Part shown: positions 7,929 through 16,219 of the stretch, one piece after another
How the letters are laid out: every line of letters starts with the position of its first letter
Numbering within the stretch: position 1 is the stretch's first letter
DNA from: Candidatus Rifleibacteriota bacterium
GTDB taxonomy: Bacteria; Muiribacteriota; Ozemobacteria; Ozemobacterales; Ozemobacteraceae
DNA: 22,396 bases
Assembly: GCA_051747585.1 (NCBI GenBank)
Contig: JBNJGH010000053.1
Location: forward strand, 1 to 22,396
Direction: 5' to 3'
The notes under the pieces: generated by a model
What the model saw: the letters and a program-made list of their open reading frames with translations, nothing else
Told to the model about the DNA's origin: nothing
The model's database searches: none
Program-made: the position numbers and the translations under genes

Positions 7929-10900
7929 TTGCTGATTAGAAGACAGGCAAACCAAAAAAAATTACACCGGAAATGGAGACTGGCTTCATTTCTTATATTT
8001 GTATTCTCTTTGTTTGGAAGCCAAGTTTTTGCTCTCAACCAGGATTACGCAACTTTAAGAAAATTTCTTTCAGCACGCATGTATGGCGAAGCCTACATGG
8101 AGCTCCTTAAACAGGAAGTAGCCGAAGATGAATTTGACCCAAAATTACTTAAACTCAGAAAAGATCTGCTCACACCTACCAAAAAGCGTCTGCTTAAGCA
8201 GGCTGAAATTAATCCTGATGACCCTGCAATCTTTACTATTTTGGCAGACATTTGTTTTCATCAAGGCAGACTTGACGCTGCTGCCCGTTATGCAACCAAA
8301 TCCCTGGCCAATAATTCAGGGGCAATGGCAAACTATGTATTTGCCAAAATCCTTTTCCGAAAAGGAAACATAAACCAGGCTTTCGACCAGATGGGGATAG
8401 CTATCGAAAGCATGACTCAATCCCCGGTTGTTTTTGCAGACTTTCAGTTTCTTTATTCCTGCAAAAGCTACGGCGTGGAAACCGCAAAAAAAATTGTTCA
8501 AAACACCAATTTTTTAAAAAGAGCAAAACCTATTGCCGGTGACGATAAGATAGTTGAGGCTCCAGAAAGCCCCTTTGTTAATGACCCAACCCAACCTCCA
8601 ACGCCAATAGAACCCGATGAACCCTCCAGTGTCGAAATAACCGACATCAACGATATCGATGATGCCGATTTGCCCCCGGATGAGCCTGAGGATCAGTCTA
8701 CCGATGCCCAGCCCGACATGGATGAGCTTCCCGACTTACCTGAAATTGATACAGACCCCACAACAGACTTAACTGACCGCCCAATGCCTTTTGCTCATGG
8801 GAACGAGGATCCCTCAACAGATCCTGCACCTGAACCCGAACCAACTGAAATAGAAGAAGATCCCGAAAATGAAAAAATAAAAAAAGCCGAATACTGGCTT
8901 GACCAGGCCGTTAAACAATTTAACCGCCATAATTACAATGATTCCAAACTCAACCTTGAAAAAGCTGTTTCATTATATCCCGGCGTACGCGGGAAAGATG
9001 AGTTAAAAGAAAAACTCGAAGCGAAGTTCGACCTTTTCAAACGCTATAAAAAAGCCCTTAACCTTTATGAGCTTGAAAAATATGAAGAGGCTCTGCCAAT
9101 AATACAAGAAGCATACGAACAAGAGCCACAAAAATACCCTGAGGCCCCATTTTATATTGGCAAAATATACTTGCTCAAAGATAATCCTGATTTGCAGAAA
9201 GCTCTGAAAAGCCTTGATGTCGTTCTTAAAGAAAAAGATCTCGATCCCCTGCTTAAGCGCGATATTGAATGGACAAAACTTGAAATACTATTTGAACTTG
9301 AACGCTTCGAAGAAGCTGATAAGCTTTTTAATAATTTCGAAAAAAATGAAATCGATTATGCTAAAAATCAAGCAGATTTTAATAAATTAAAATATCTGAT
9401 TTTTTACAACCTCCATAAACTATGGATCCACATCGGACTGGGTATTTTCGCCACCCTCTTTTTAATTGTTTTTCTGCTCCGTTTATTGCCAGCAATCACC
9501 TTAGCATTCCTTAAAGCAGAAAACATGGCCAGAAGAGCTTTTGGCAAGAAAAATTACCAGAAAGCCTGCTCTATGGCAGAAAAAGCCCTCAGCAAGAAAT
9601 TGCCGGTACAAATAGAGCGCGAAATGCTCGAGATTTGTTCCAAGGCAAATTTTCATCTTAAAAATTACGTTAAGTGCCAGGATTATTCTAAAGAGCTGCT
9701 CGAAAGGTTTGCCGACAACCCCGTGGGTTGGAATTATCTTGCCAGGGCATCAATTGCATGCAATGACACCTCTTCTGAGGCTATTGCCATGTATGAAACT
9801 ATTTATCGAGAAAATCCCGAAAACACAGAATATCTTAAAATTCTTGCCAAACACTACGCCGAAACCCGTAACTATACGGTCGAATCCATGGAGATTCTTT
9901 TTACCTATTACCAGACCGGCATAGAAGATCCTCAAATCACGCTCGCACTGGCTGAAGGTTACTGCCAAAACCGAACCATGGGCAATGAAGTTATTACGGT
10001 AATTGAGGAAGCCTTGAAAATAGAGGATAGACTCGAATTTCGCGAACTATTAGCGAGAAACTATGCCAAGGCCGGAAGATATGCCGATGCTGCCCGAGAA
10101 TGTCTCAAGGTTCTCGATGAAAATCTTAACAACATGGGAATCCACGTTGTCTACAGCTCTTCAATGAAAAAGCTGAATATGCTTGAGGAAGCCATTGAAC
10201 AATACGAAAATTTTCTGGAAAGATCACCCGACGACCCACAATTAATTGAAATACTCAATGGCCTGAAAAAAGATGCTGAAAGGATGGCCGACGAACCAGA
10301 ATCGCCTGAATCAGAACTCCCGGAAATTGAAACCCTTGATCAGGATCTGCCAATGCCCGACCTGCCCTCGGAAACTGAAGAAAACAAGGAAGTTAATAGC
10401 GACGATGTCGATATAGAAGGCTTTGTCGAACCTCCACCCGAAGGTTTTGAAGAAGAAAACAAAAAAGAATCCGAAATTCCCGTACCAGATTTTCTTAAAG
10501 AAGAATACTCTGAGAATGAAGAAGAACCGGCTTCAGAGAAACAAACCGAAAATAGCAGGAAAAACGAAGAAAATATTTCCGGCATGGCCATGGATCCCAC
10601 AGAGCTGCCAGAGCTTGATCCATTCGCAGACCCCGACTCTCTGCTTGATGAATTTGCCACTGAGCTTCCTGAAGAACTCGGAGGAGCCGCTTCTCCTGAA
10701 AAGCAGCAACCAGAAGGTCTTGACAGTCTTGACGATTTTGAAAGCGATCAACAGAGCGAACTACCCGAACCTCAAACTGCCAGCCACAACCATGACAACC
10801 AGAATGATTCCGAATTTTTTAACCAGCTTTCAAAAGCAAGAGAGCTTTCAGGTCAGAAAAAATGGAATGATGTAATTGAAATACTAAGCCCGGTCTATGC

Positions 10901-11180
10901 TTCGGAACGACATAAAGATGTGGGTTTGCTTCTAATCAATGCCTATATCGAAACCAGGCAACCTCTTCTGGCCAAAGAAATTATAGATACTCTTGATATA
11001 GACATTGAGCTTATGAGCGAAGATACAAAAGATATTCTTTATCGTACAGGAATTGCGCTTGAAAAAGCAAAACTTACAGATGAAGCCCTGCTGATTTTTG
11101 ATATGATCTGCAATGTTGATATTAACTACAGAGACGCATTCGACAGGTCAGACAAACTGTATAATCTCAAAAAATCTTAA
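7929..11180 (+). CDS. Large bitopic TPR protein with two acidic/Pro-rich disordered regions and a C-terminal TPR module
   Basis: TTG start after GAAAGG. Signal peptide (..SQVFA|L), TPRs, D/E/P-rich linker (~8560-8870), TM LWIHIGLGIFATLFLIVFLL (~9420-9480), cytoplasmic TPRs, second acidic tract (~10280-10820), terminal TPR (LYRTGIALEK...DINYRD). Confidence 0.8.
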   Translation: MLIRRQANQKKLHRKWRLASFLIFVFSLFGSQVFALNQDYATLRKFLSARMYGEAYMELLKQEVAEDEFDPKLLKLRKDLLTPTKKRLLKQAEINPDDPAIFTILADICFHQGRLDAAARYATKSLANNSGAMANYVFAKILFRKGNINQAFDQMGIAIESMTQSPVVFADFQFLYSCKSYGVETAKKIVQNTNFLKRAKPIAGDDKIVEAPESPFVNDPTQPPTPIEPDEPSSVEITDINDIDDADLPPDEPEDQSTDAQPDMDELPDLPEIDTDPTTDLTDRPMPFAHGNEDPSTDPAPEPEPTEIEEDPENEKIKKAEYWLDQAVKQFNRHNYNDSKLNLEKAVSLYPGVRGKDELKEKLEAKFDLFKRYKKALNLYELEKYEEALPIIQEAYEQEPQKYPEAPFYIGKIYLLKDNPDLQKALKSLDVVLKEKDLDPLLKRDIEWTKLEILFELERFEEADKLFNNFEKNEIDYAKNQADFNKLKYLIFYNLHKLWIHIGLGIFATLFLIVFLLRLLPAITLAFLKAENMARRAFGKKNYQKACSMAEKALSKKLPVQIEREMLEICSKANFHLKNYVKCQDYSKELLERFADNPVGWNYLARASIACNDTSSEAIAMYETIYRENPENTEYLKILAKHYAETRNYTVESMEILFTYYQTGIEDPQITLALAEGYCQNRTMGNEVITVIEEALKIEDRLEFRELLARNYAKAGRYADAARECLKVLDENLNNMGIHVVYSSSMKKLNMLEEAIEQYENFLERSPDDPQLIEILNGLKKDAERMADEPESPESELPEIETLDQDLPMPDLPSETEENKEVNSDDVDIEGFVEPPPEGFEEENKKESEIPVPDFLKEEYSENEEEPASEKQTENSRKNEENISGMAMDPTELPELDPFADPDSLLDEFATELPEELGGAASPEKQQPEGLDSLDDFESDQQSELPEPQTASHNHDNQNDSEFFNQLSKARELSGQKKWNDVIEILSPVYASERHKDVGLLLINAYIETRQPLLAKEIIDTLDIDIELMSEDTKDILYRTGIALEKAKLTDEALLIFDMICNVDINYRDAFDRSDKLYNLKKS

Positions 11181-11758
11181 AACCGGCCAAATAGAAATTC
11201 AGCCTCTAACATAAGACCTTCTATTTTTACACCTGTTGTTTTGGCAAACGTATAGCCAGTCGAAAATTCCAGAACTATATGGCGGGACAAGGGCAAAACT
11301 CCAACTATTACCGGCTCAATGAAAGCAAATGAGCCCGAGTTCAATTCGCGACCGGATGCCGAGGTCTTTAAATTATATTCTCCAACGCCAAAACTCGCAC
11401 GCCATTTTACCCTGGCATCTTCTCTGAATGAATCTTCAAGGGTTAATCCGCCCATTTCCATATCAAATTCTAGACTGGTTCCATTTAAAGTCCCGGCCCG
11501 ATACATAAGCCCGATTGCCGGATCTCTCAATCTTCCCGCAAAAGCTCTAATACCCCATAAATTTGTGTCTCCACCAAAATCATGAGGTCCAGAAACTTTT
11601 TTATAGGTTATTGTTGGCCCAATGCCCATTGTATACTCATGACCATCAGGATTTTTATCCATAAGCAGGGTCGGACCAATAGCAGCGTTAGATGGAAAAG
11701 CAACAATATTTATAAAAATTATCAATATTAATGACACATAAAGTTTTTTCATCAACAT
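11177..11758 (-). CDS. Small outer-membrane beta-barrel-like protein
   Basis: Signal peptide MKKLYVSLILIIFINIVAFPSNA (the true start may be ATG 11752). Gly/aromatic-rich alternating strands (VKWRASFGVG, IVLEFSTGYTF). Ends in Phe (LEAEFLFGRF), like a BAM beta-signal. Confidence 0.62.
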   Translation of the reverse strand: MLMKKLYVSLILIIFINIVAFPSNAAIGPTLLMDKNPDGHEYTMGIGPTITYKKVSGPHDFGGDTNLWGIRAFAGRLRDPAIGLMYRAGTLNGTSLEFDMEMGGLTLEDSFREDARVKWRASFGVGEYNLKTSASGRELNSGSFAFIEPVIVGVLPLSRHIVLEFSTGYTFAKTTGVKIEGLMLEAEFLFGRF

Positions 11759-11788
11759 TATATCGACAAAAACTCTTTAATTTTAAAC

Positions 11789-11957
11789 TCAGATGCTCCG
11801 CCGGGCTTGTCGGTTTATTAGAACTATGAATAGCAGCCTGTTTTTGTTATCATATTGAAAATGCAAACTAAATCGAAAAAAGGTTGCTTTGCCCGGAAAA
11901 AAATCGTTATTATAAATAGTCTTTAAAGTAGTTATTTTGAGCCATCGGCGCATCTGA
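11789..11957. repeat. Imperfect ~18-bp inverted repeat pair bracketing the divergent promoter region
   Basis: Left 11789-11807 tcagatgctccgccgggct. Reverse complement of right 11940-11957 is tcagatgcgccgatggct. 8-bp perfect core, 15 aligned identities. Confidence 0.5.
11884..11913 (+). promoter_or_regulatory. Candidate sigma70-type promoter for the SBP-OmpA/pspA/ABC/AAA operon
   Basis: TTGCTT (11884-11889), 18-nt spacer, TATTAT (11908-11913), with A-tracts upstream. Strong SD AGGAGG at 11968-11973 before GTG 11979. Confidence 0.4.
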
Positions 11958-11978
11958 CAATCATAGCAGGAGGATATT

Positions 11979-13772
11979 GTGAGCAACGATCTAGGCCCTA
12001 CGCCACTAGGCAAATTCATTATGTTTGTCTTCATAATCGGCTGTATTCTTGCAGCCGCCGTTTCATTTTCACCGGATCTGAGGAACAAATTGTTTCCATC
12101 AGGTTCTGATAAATCAGGACAAAACATACAAAATCAGGGAAAAACCCAGCAACAGGCTTCATCTAGTCAATCTTCCGGGACAGGCAATCAATCCCCTCCA
12201 AAAATAAAGGTGGAAGCCCCCGATTCATCAGGCGTTGTTACAAGCGTAAAAGAATATTCTTATGTACCCCGCGAAGCATTACCCCCGGTAAAAGGAGTTT
12301 CCGGTTACAAATGGGATAAAAACGAAAAAATTGTCGTTTTTCCAATAAATGTCTGGTATGGATGGCTACCTATTATTGCTGCCAATCATGGCTTTGCCCC
12401 TAACGAAGAAAGCGTTTTCTTTAAAAAATATGGGTTTAAAGTCGATCTAAAGCTTATCGATGACCCGGTAACTGCCCGCGATTCTTTTGCTTCCGGCGAA
12501 TCCCATATTTTATGGGGAACCCTTGATATGATAGCCCTTTTTGCCCCCAGTCTCATGAAAGACAGTCGAACTTCTCCGAGAATTTTTCAGCAGGTTGACT
12601 GGTCCAGTGGCGGCGATGGTGTGGTCGTCAGAGGCAATATCAGATCAATAAAAGACCTTAAAGGCAAAACGATTGTTTATGCCCAGAACAGCCCTTCACA
12701 GTATTTTATTACCAATCTGCTTTTGAATGCCAACATTCCATTAAATGAAGTTAATCATAAATATACCTCTACAGCCTTTGAAGCTGCAGCTGCATTCGTA
12801 TCAGATGATAGCATTCATGCTTGTGTAAGCTGGGCACCCGACATTTACACTATTCCCGAAAAACTTGCCGGCACAAGGATTCTGACCACCACAGCCGACG
12901 CGAACCGCCTGATAACAGACGTATGGGCCGCCCGAGCCGACTTTGCCAAAGACCACCCTGAAATAATCAAAGGCCTGGTTGCCGGTATTTTTGAAGGCAT
13001 GAGTATGCTCAAAAACAAAACTCAGAAAATTAAAGCATTTCAATGGATGGCTGAAGGCTATGGGATGAAATTAGATGACGTTAAATCTATGGAAGCTGAT
13101 GCCTATCCAACTAACTTTGCAGAAAATAAAAACTTTTTCCTAAATAAAAATAATCCGACCAATTTTGAGCGAACCTGGAAAAATATTATCTTTGTTTACC
13201 GGGAACTGGGGCTGATAGGCACTCCGGTAAGGTTCGATCAAGTCGTTGATTTCTCTGTCATCAAAGAACTTTCAACTAAAAATATGTTCCCGGACCAAAA
13301 AAGCCTTCAGGTTAACAGATTTGTTTCAACCAGCTATAAGAAGGTCTCCGCCGAAGCTCCGGTTTTGACTCAGACTATCAGAATAAATTTTTATCCGAAC
13401 TCGGCAAATGTTTATGAGCCTGAGCATGATGAATTTGGCCAACCAATACCGAACTCTCTCTATGACCCATCAGTAGATTCTACCCTGGAAAAAATAGCAC
13501 GCATGGTTGGCCAATATGAGAGAGCAACCGTTGCAATCGTTGGGCACACAGACAGCTCAATGAGGGGCAAGGTTCCGGAAAAAGCTGTTAAAGATCTTTC
13601 TTATGATCGTGCCGAAGCGGTTAAAAACGCTCTTATAAGAAAATATAACTTCCCCAAAGATAAATTTGTAGTAACCGGCAAAGGCTGGGATGACCCGGCC
13701 GATCCAAGCGACCCCTTGAATCAAACTCTTAACCGAAGAGTCGAGATTCAGGTCTTTACCCCCGAAAGATAA
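11979..13772 (+). CDS. Membrane-anchored ABC substrate-binding protein (NMT1/SsuA-like) fused to a C-terminal OmpA-like peptidoglycan-binding domain
   Basis: N-terminal hydrophobic anchor plus Q/S/G-rich linker. SBP motifs INVWYGWLP, DWSSGGDG, IKDLKGKTI, VSWAP. OmpA_C motifs INFYPNS, IVGHTDS, LSYDRAEAVK, NRRVEI. Confidence 0.85.
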   Translation: MSNDLGPTPLGKFIMFVFIIGCILAAAVSFSPDLRNKLFPSGSDKSGQNIQNQGKTQQQASSSQSSGTGNQSPPKIKVEAPDSSGVVTSVKEYSYVPREALPPVKGVSGYKWDKNEKIVVFPINVWYGWLPIIAANHGFAPNEESVFFKKYGFKVDLKLIDDPVTARDSFASGESHILWGTLDMIALFAPSLMKDSRTSPRIFQQVDWSSGGDGVVVRGNIRSIKDLKGKTIVYAQNSPSQYFITNLLLNANIPLNEVNHKYTSTAFEAAAAFVSDDSIHACVSWAPDIYTIPEKLAGTRILTTTADANRLITDVWAARADFAKDHPEIIKGLVAGIFEGMSMLKNKTQKIKAFQWMAEGYGMKLDDVKSMEADAYPTNFAENKNFFLNKNNPTNFERTWKNIIFVYRELGLIGTPVRFDQVVDFSVIKELSTKNMFPDQKSLQVNRFVSTSYKKVSAEAPVLTQTIRINFYPNSANVYEPEHDEFGQPIPNSLYDPSVDSTLEKIARMVGQYERATVAIVGHTDSSMRGKVPEKAVKDLSYDRAEAVKNALIRKYNFPKDKFVVTGKGWDDPADPSDPLNQTLNRRVEIQVFTPER

Positions 13773-13792
13773 GTCTCAAAGGAGTTTGAAAA

Positions 13793-14542
13793 ATGTTCGA
13801 AAGAATTAAAAATTTAATTCGTGGATTTTTCAGTCTGTTTATCAAAGGACTGGAATCAGAAAACCCCGAAGCACTAATCGAAGCTGAAAAGCAGAATTTG
13901 CGCAATCAGATTTCCAGATTTAACGAAAATCTGGCAAATCACGCAGCTTTCACTGAAAGACTTATGCGCCAGATCAAAACACTTAACTCTAAAGAAAAGC
14001 AACTTTCCGCCAAAATTAACGCCAACATCAAAGCAGGCAATAAAAGAGTTGCCGGGCAACTTGCCCTTCAGCTTCAAACTGTAAAGAACCAACTTGATGA
14101 AAACCAGCAACAGCTTGAAATTGCTGAAAAGACGTTTCAAGACCTCGAACGTTCCAGAAACGTTGCTGTTCGCGAAGCTCAGGCCAAGATTGAAAAACTT
14201 CAAGCGCTTGTCAGTGAAACTGAGATGCTCGAAGCCCAGGCAGAATTACAGGAAATGGCGAAAGGAATGGTAGGAGGTATTGGCGGAAGCGGCGACACCA
14301 TAAGCCGAGTAACCGAACTGGTGAATGAACGTCGCGATAAAGCTGCAGGAAAAGCCCGCGTTGCCTCTGGTTCTTACGACAACTCCTCTATTGAAATAAA
14401 AGAAAATGAACAGGAAGCTCTGGGCGATGCCGCCCTGGCTGAATTTATGGCCATGAATGACATGGAGACCACAGTAACCCCTGAAGACGTCGAATCTGAG
14501 CCTGTCCCCGAACGCGGAATGGGCCCAATCGAAAAGAATTAA
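13793..14542 (+). CDS. pspA: PspA/IM30 (Vipp1, ESCRT-III superfamily) protein
   Basis: 249 aa. N-terminal amphipathic helix MFERIKNLIRGFFSLFIKGL followed by ENPEALIE (cf. PspA EDP..L), long coiled-coil hairpin, KAAGKARVA segment and terminal helix DAALAEF. SD AAAGGAG. Confidence 0.85.
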   Translation: MFERIKNLIRGFFSLFIKGLESENPEALIEAEKQNLRNQISRFNENLANHAAFTERLMRQIKTLNSKEKQLSAKINANIKAGNKRVAGQLALQLQTVKNQLDENQQQLEIAEKTFQDLERSRNVAVREAQAKIEKLQALVSETEMLEAQAELQEMAKGMVGGIGGSGDTISRVTELVNERRDKAAGKARVASGSYDNSSIEIKENEQEALGDAALAEFMAMNDMETTVTPEDVESEPVPERGMGPIEKN

Positions 14543-14556
14543 TAAGCGGAGGATAT

Positions 14557-16209
14557 ATGAACAATTATTTTAAAATTATCTGTTTGTTTTCAGTTTTTGC
14601 ACTTTTTGCATCCAACGGCTCTCTTCTTGCCGAAGAAAATATTCAGGTGGAAGCGCCTGATGCAAACTCGGTTACTACTGCAAAAGAATACAAATTTGTC
14701 CCCAGAGAAACCCTGCCGGCAGTTCAAGGCACCTCAGGTTATAAATGGGATGAAAAAGAAAAAATCGTTGTTTTTCCAATCAACGTATGGGCCGGATGGC
14801 TGCCTATTATTGCCGCCAACCATGGCTTTGCCCCTAACGAAGAAAGTGTTTTCTTTAAAAAATATGGTTTTAAAGTAGACCTTAAACTTATTGATGACCC
14901 TGTGGCAGCCCGCGACTCTTATGCTTCGGGAAACAGCCATGTTTTATGGGGCACCCTTGATATGATCGCTCTTTTTGCCCCTGGATTAATGAGAGACAGC
15001 CGCACCGCACCTCGAGTTTATCAACAAATTGACTGGTCAAGTGGTGGCGACGGAATTGTATGCAGAACTAAGATCAAAGACGTGGCAGACCTTAAAGGCA
15101 AAACGATTGCTTATGCGCAAAACAGCCCGTCTCAATATTTTGTCAGCAACCTGCTTATTAACGCAGGCATAGGTCTGGACGAAGTTGAACATAAATATAC
15201 CTCTACTGCTTTTGAAGCCGCTGCAGCTTTTGTTTCAAATCCGGAAATTGATGCCTGCGTAAGCTGGGCACCAGATATTTATACAATTCCCGAAAAAGTA
15301 GCCGGCACAAAAATTCTAACAACCACAGAAGAAGCAAACAAACTCATTGCAGATGTGTGGGCGGTAAGAGCCGACTTTGCCCGCGACAAACCTGAAATAG
15401 TAAAAGGCCTGGTTGCAGGTATTTTTGAAGGCATGGATATGCTTGACAATAAAACAAAAAAATCCAAAGCCTTTCAGTGGATGGCTGACGGATATGGAAT
15501 GACAATCGAAGATGTTAAAGCCATGGAAGCCGATGCCCATTCAACAAACTTTGCCGAAAACAAAGAATTTTTTCTCAATGCCAATAATCCGACGAACTTT
15601 GAACGTACCTGGGAAAACATCTGTTTCATTTATCACCAGGCCGGCCTCATAAAAGATCCGGTACCTTTTAACCAGGTAATGGATTTCAGTATAATCAAGG
15701 ATCTTGAAAAAGACGGCAAATTCAAACATCACAAAGATAAATATGTAAGTAAATTTGTTCCTACTTCTTATAAAAAGGTTAATGCCGAAGCTCCGATTAT
15801 TACTCAGACAGTTAGAATAAATTTCTATCCAAACTCCGCAAATATTTACGAACCTGCACATGATGAAGCTGGAGTTCCCATACCGAACACACTCTATGAC
15901 CCGAATGTTAATGCAACCATGGAAAAAGTAGGACGCCTGGTAGGCTCTTATGACCGCGCAGTTGTCGCAATAGTAGGACATACCGACAGCTCGATGAAAG
16001 GAAAAATCCCTGAAAAAATTGTTAAAGACCTTAGTTTGGCACGCGCAAAAGCCGTAAAACGGGCCTTGATCGAACAATTCAAATTTGATCCAAAAAAATT
16101 CGTAGTCGAAGGAGCCGGCTGGGACAAACCTGCAGATCCGGCAAGTCCACTTAATCAGGCATTGAACCGCAGAGTTGAAATCTCGGTATATCCACCTGAA
16201 AGCAATTAA
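14557..16209 (+). CDS. Second, soluble (cleavable signal peptide) substrate-binding protein/OmpA-domain fusion; paralog of 11979-13772
   Basis: Signal peptide ..GSLLA|EE. Collinear with the first copy over its whole mature length (INVWAGWLP, DWSSGGDG, IVGHTDS, LSLARAKAVK, NRRVEI). SD GGAGG. Confidence 0.85.
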   Translation: MNNYFKIICLFSVFALFASNGSLLAEENIQVEAPDANSVTTAKEYKFVPRETLPAVQGTSGYKWDEKEKIVVFPINVWAGWLPIIAANHGFAPNEESVFFKKYGFKVDLKLIDDPVAARDSYASGNSHVLWGTLDMIALFAPGLMRDSRTAPRVYQQIDWSSGGDGIVCRTKIKDVADLKGKTIAYAQNSPSQYFVSNLLINAGIGLDEVEHKYTSTAFEAAAAFVSNPEIDACVSWAPDIYTIPEKVAGTKILTTTEEANKLIADVWAVRADFARDKPEIVKGLVAGIFEGMDMLDNKTKKSKAFQWMADGYGMTIEDVKAMEADAHSTNFAENKEFFLNANNPTNFERTWENICFIYHQAGLIKDPVPFNQVMDFSIIKDLEKDGKFKHHKDKYVSKFVPTSYKKVNAEAPIITQTVRINFYPNSANIYEPAHDEAGVPIPNTLYDPNVNATMEKVGRLVGSYDRAVVAIVGHTDSSMKGKIPEKIVKDLSLARAKAVKRALIEQFKFDPKKFVVEGAGWDKPADPASPLNQALNRRVEISVYPPESN

Positions 16210-16219
16210 TAACAAATCT

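Noticed and set aside
10340..10875. Alternative-frame ORFs (106, 150 and 72 aa) in the acidic region of the 1083-aa gene
   Set aside because: Expected by-products of low-complexity GAA/CCN-rich coding sequence, giving Ser-rich antisense and Lys-rich shifted frames.
11759..11978. sigma54 promoter or PspF-type control of pspA
   Set aside because: No TGGCAC-N5-TTGC-like element is in the spacer and no enhancer-binding protein is nearby. The AAA+ lacks a GAFTGA loop and HTH.
11789..12127. 112-aa minus-strand ORF across the divergent promoter region
   Set aside because: Overlaps the SBP1 start and the AT-rich promoter spacer, and has no recognisable motifs.
15541..16215. 224-aa antisense ORF
   Set aside because: Lies opposite the well-supported SBP-OmpA gene, has Phe/Cys/Ile-rich shadow composition, and no equivalent long ORF lies opposite the same part of the paralog.
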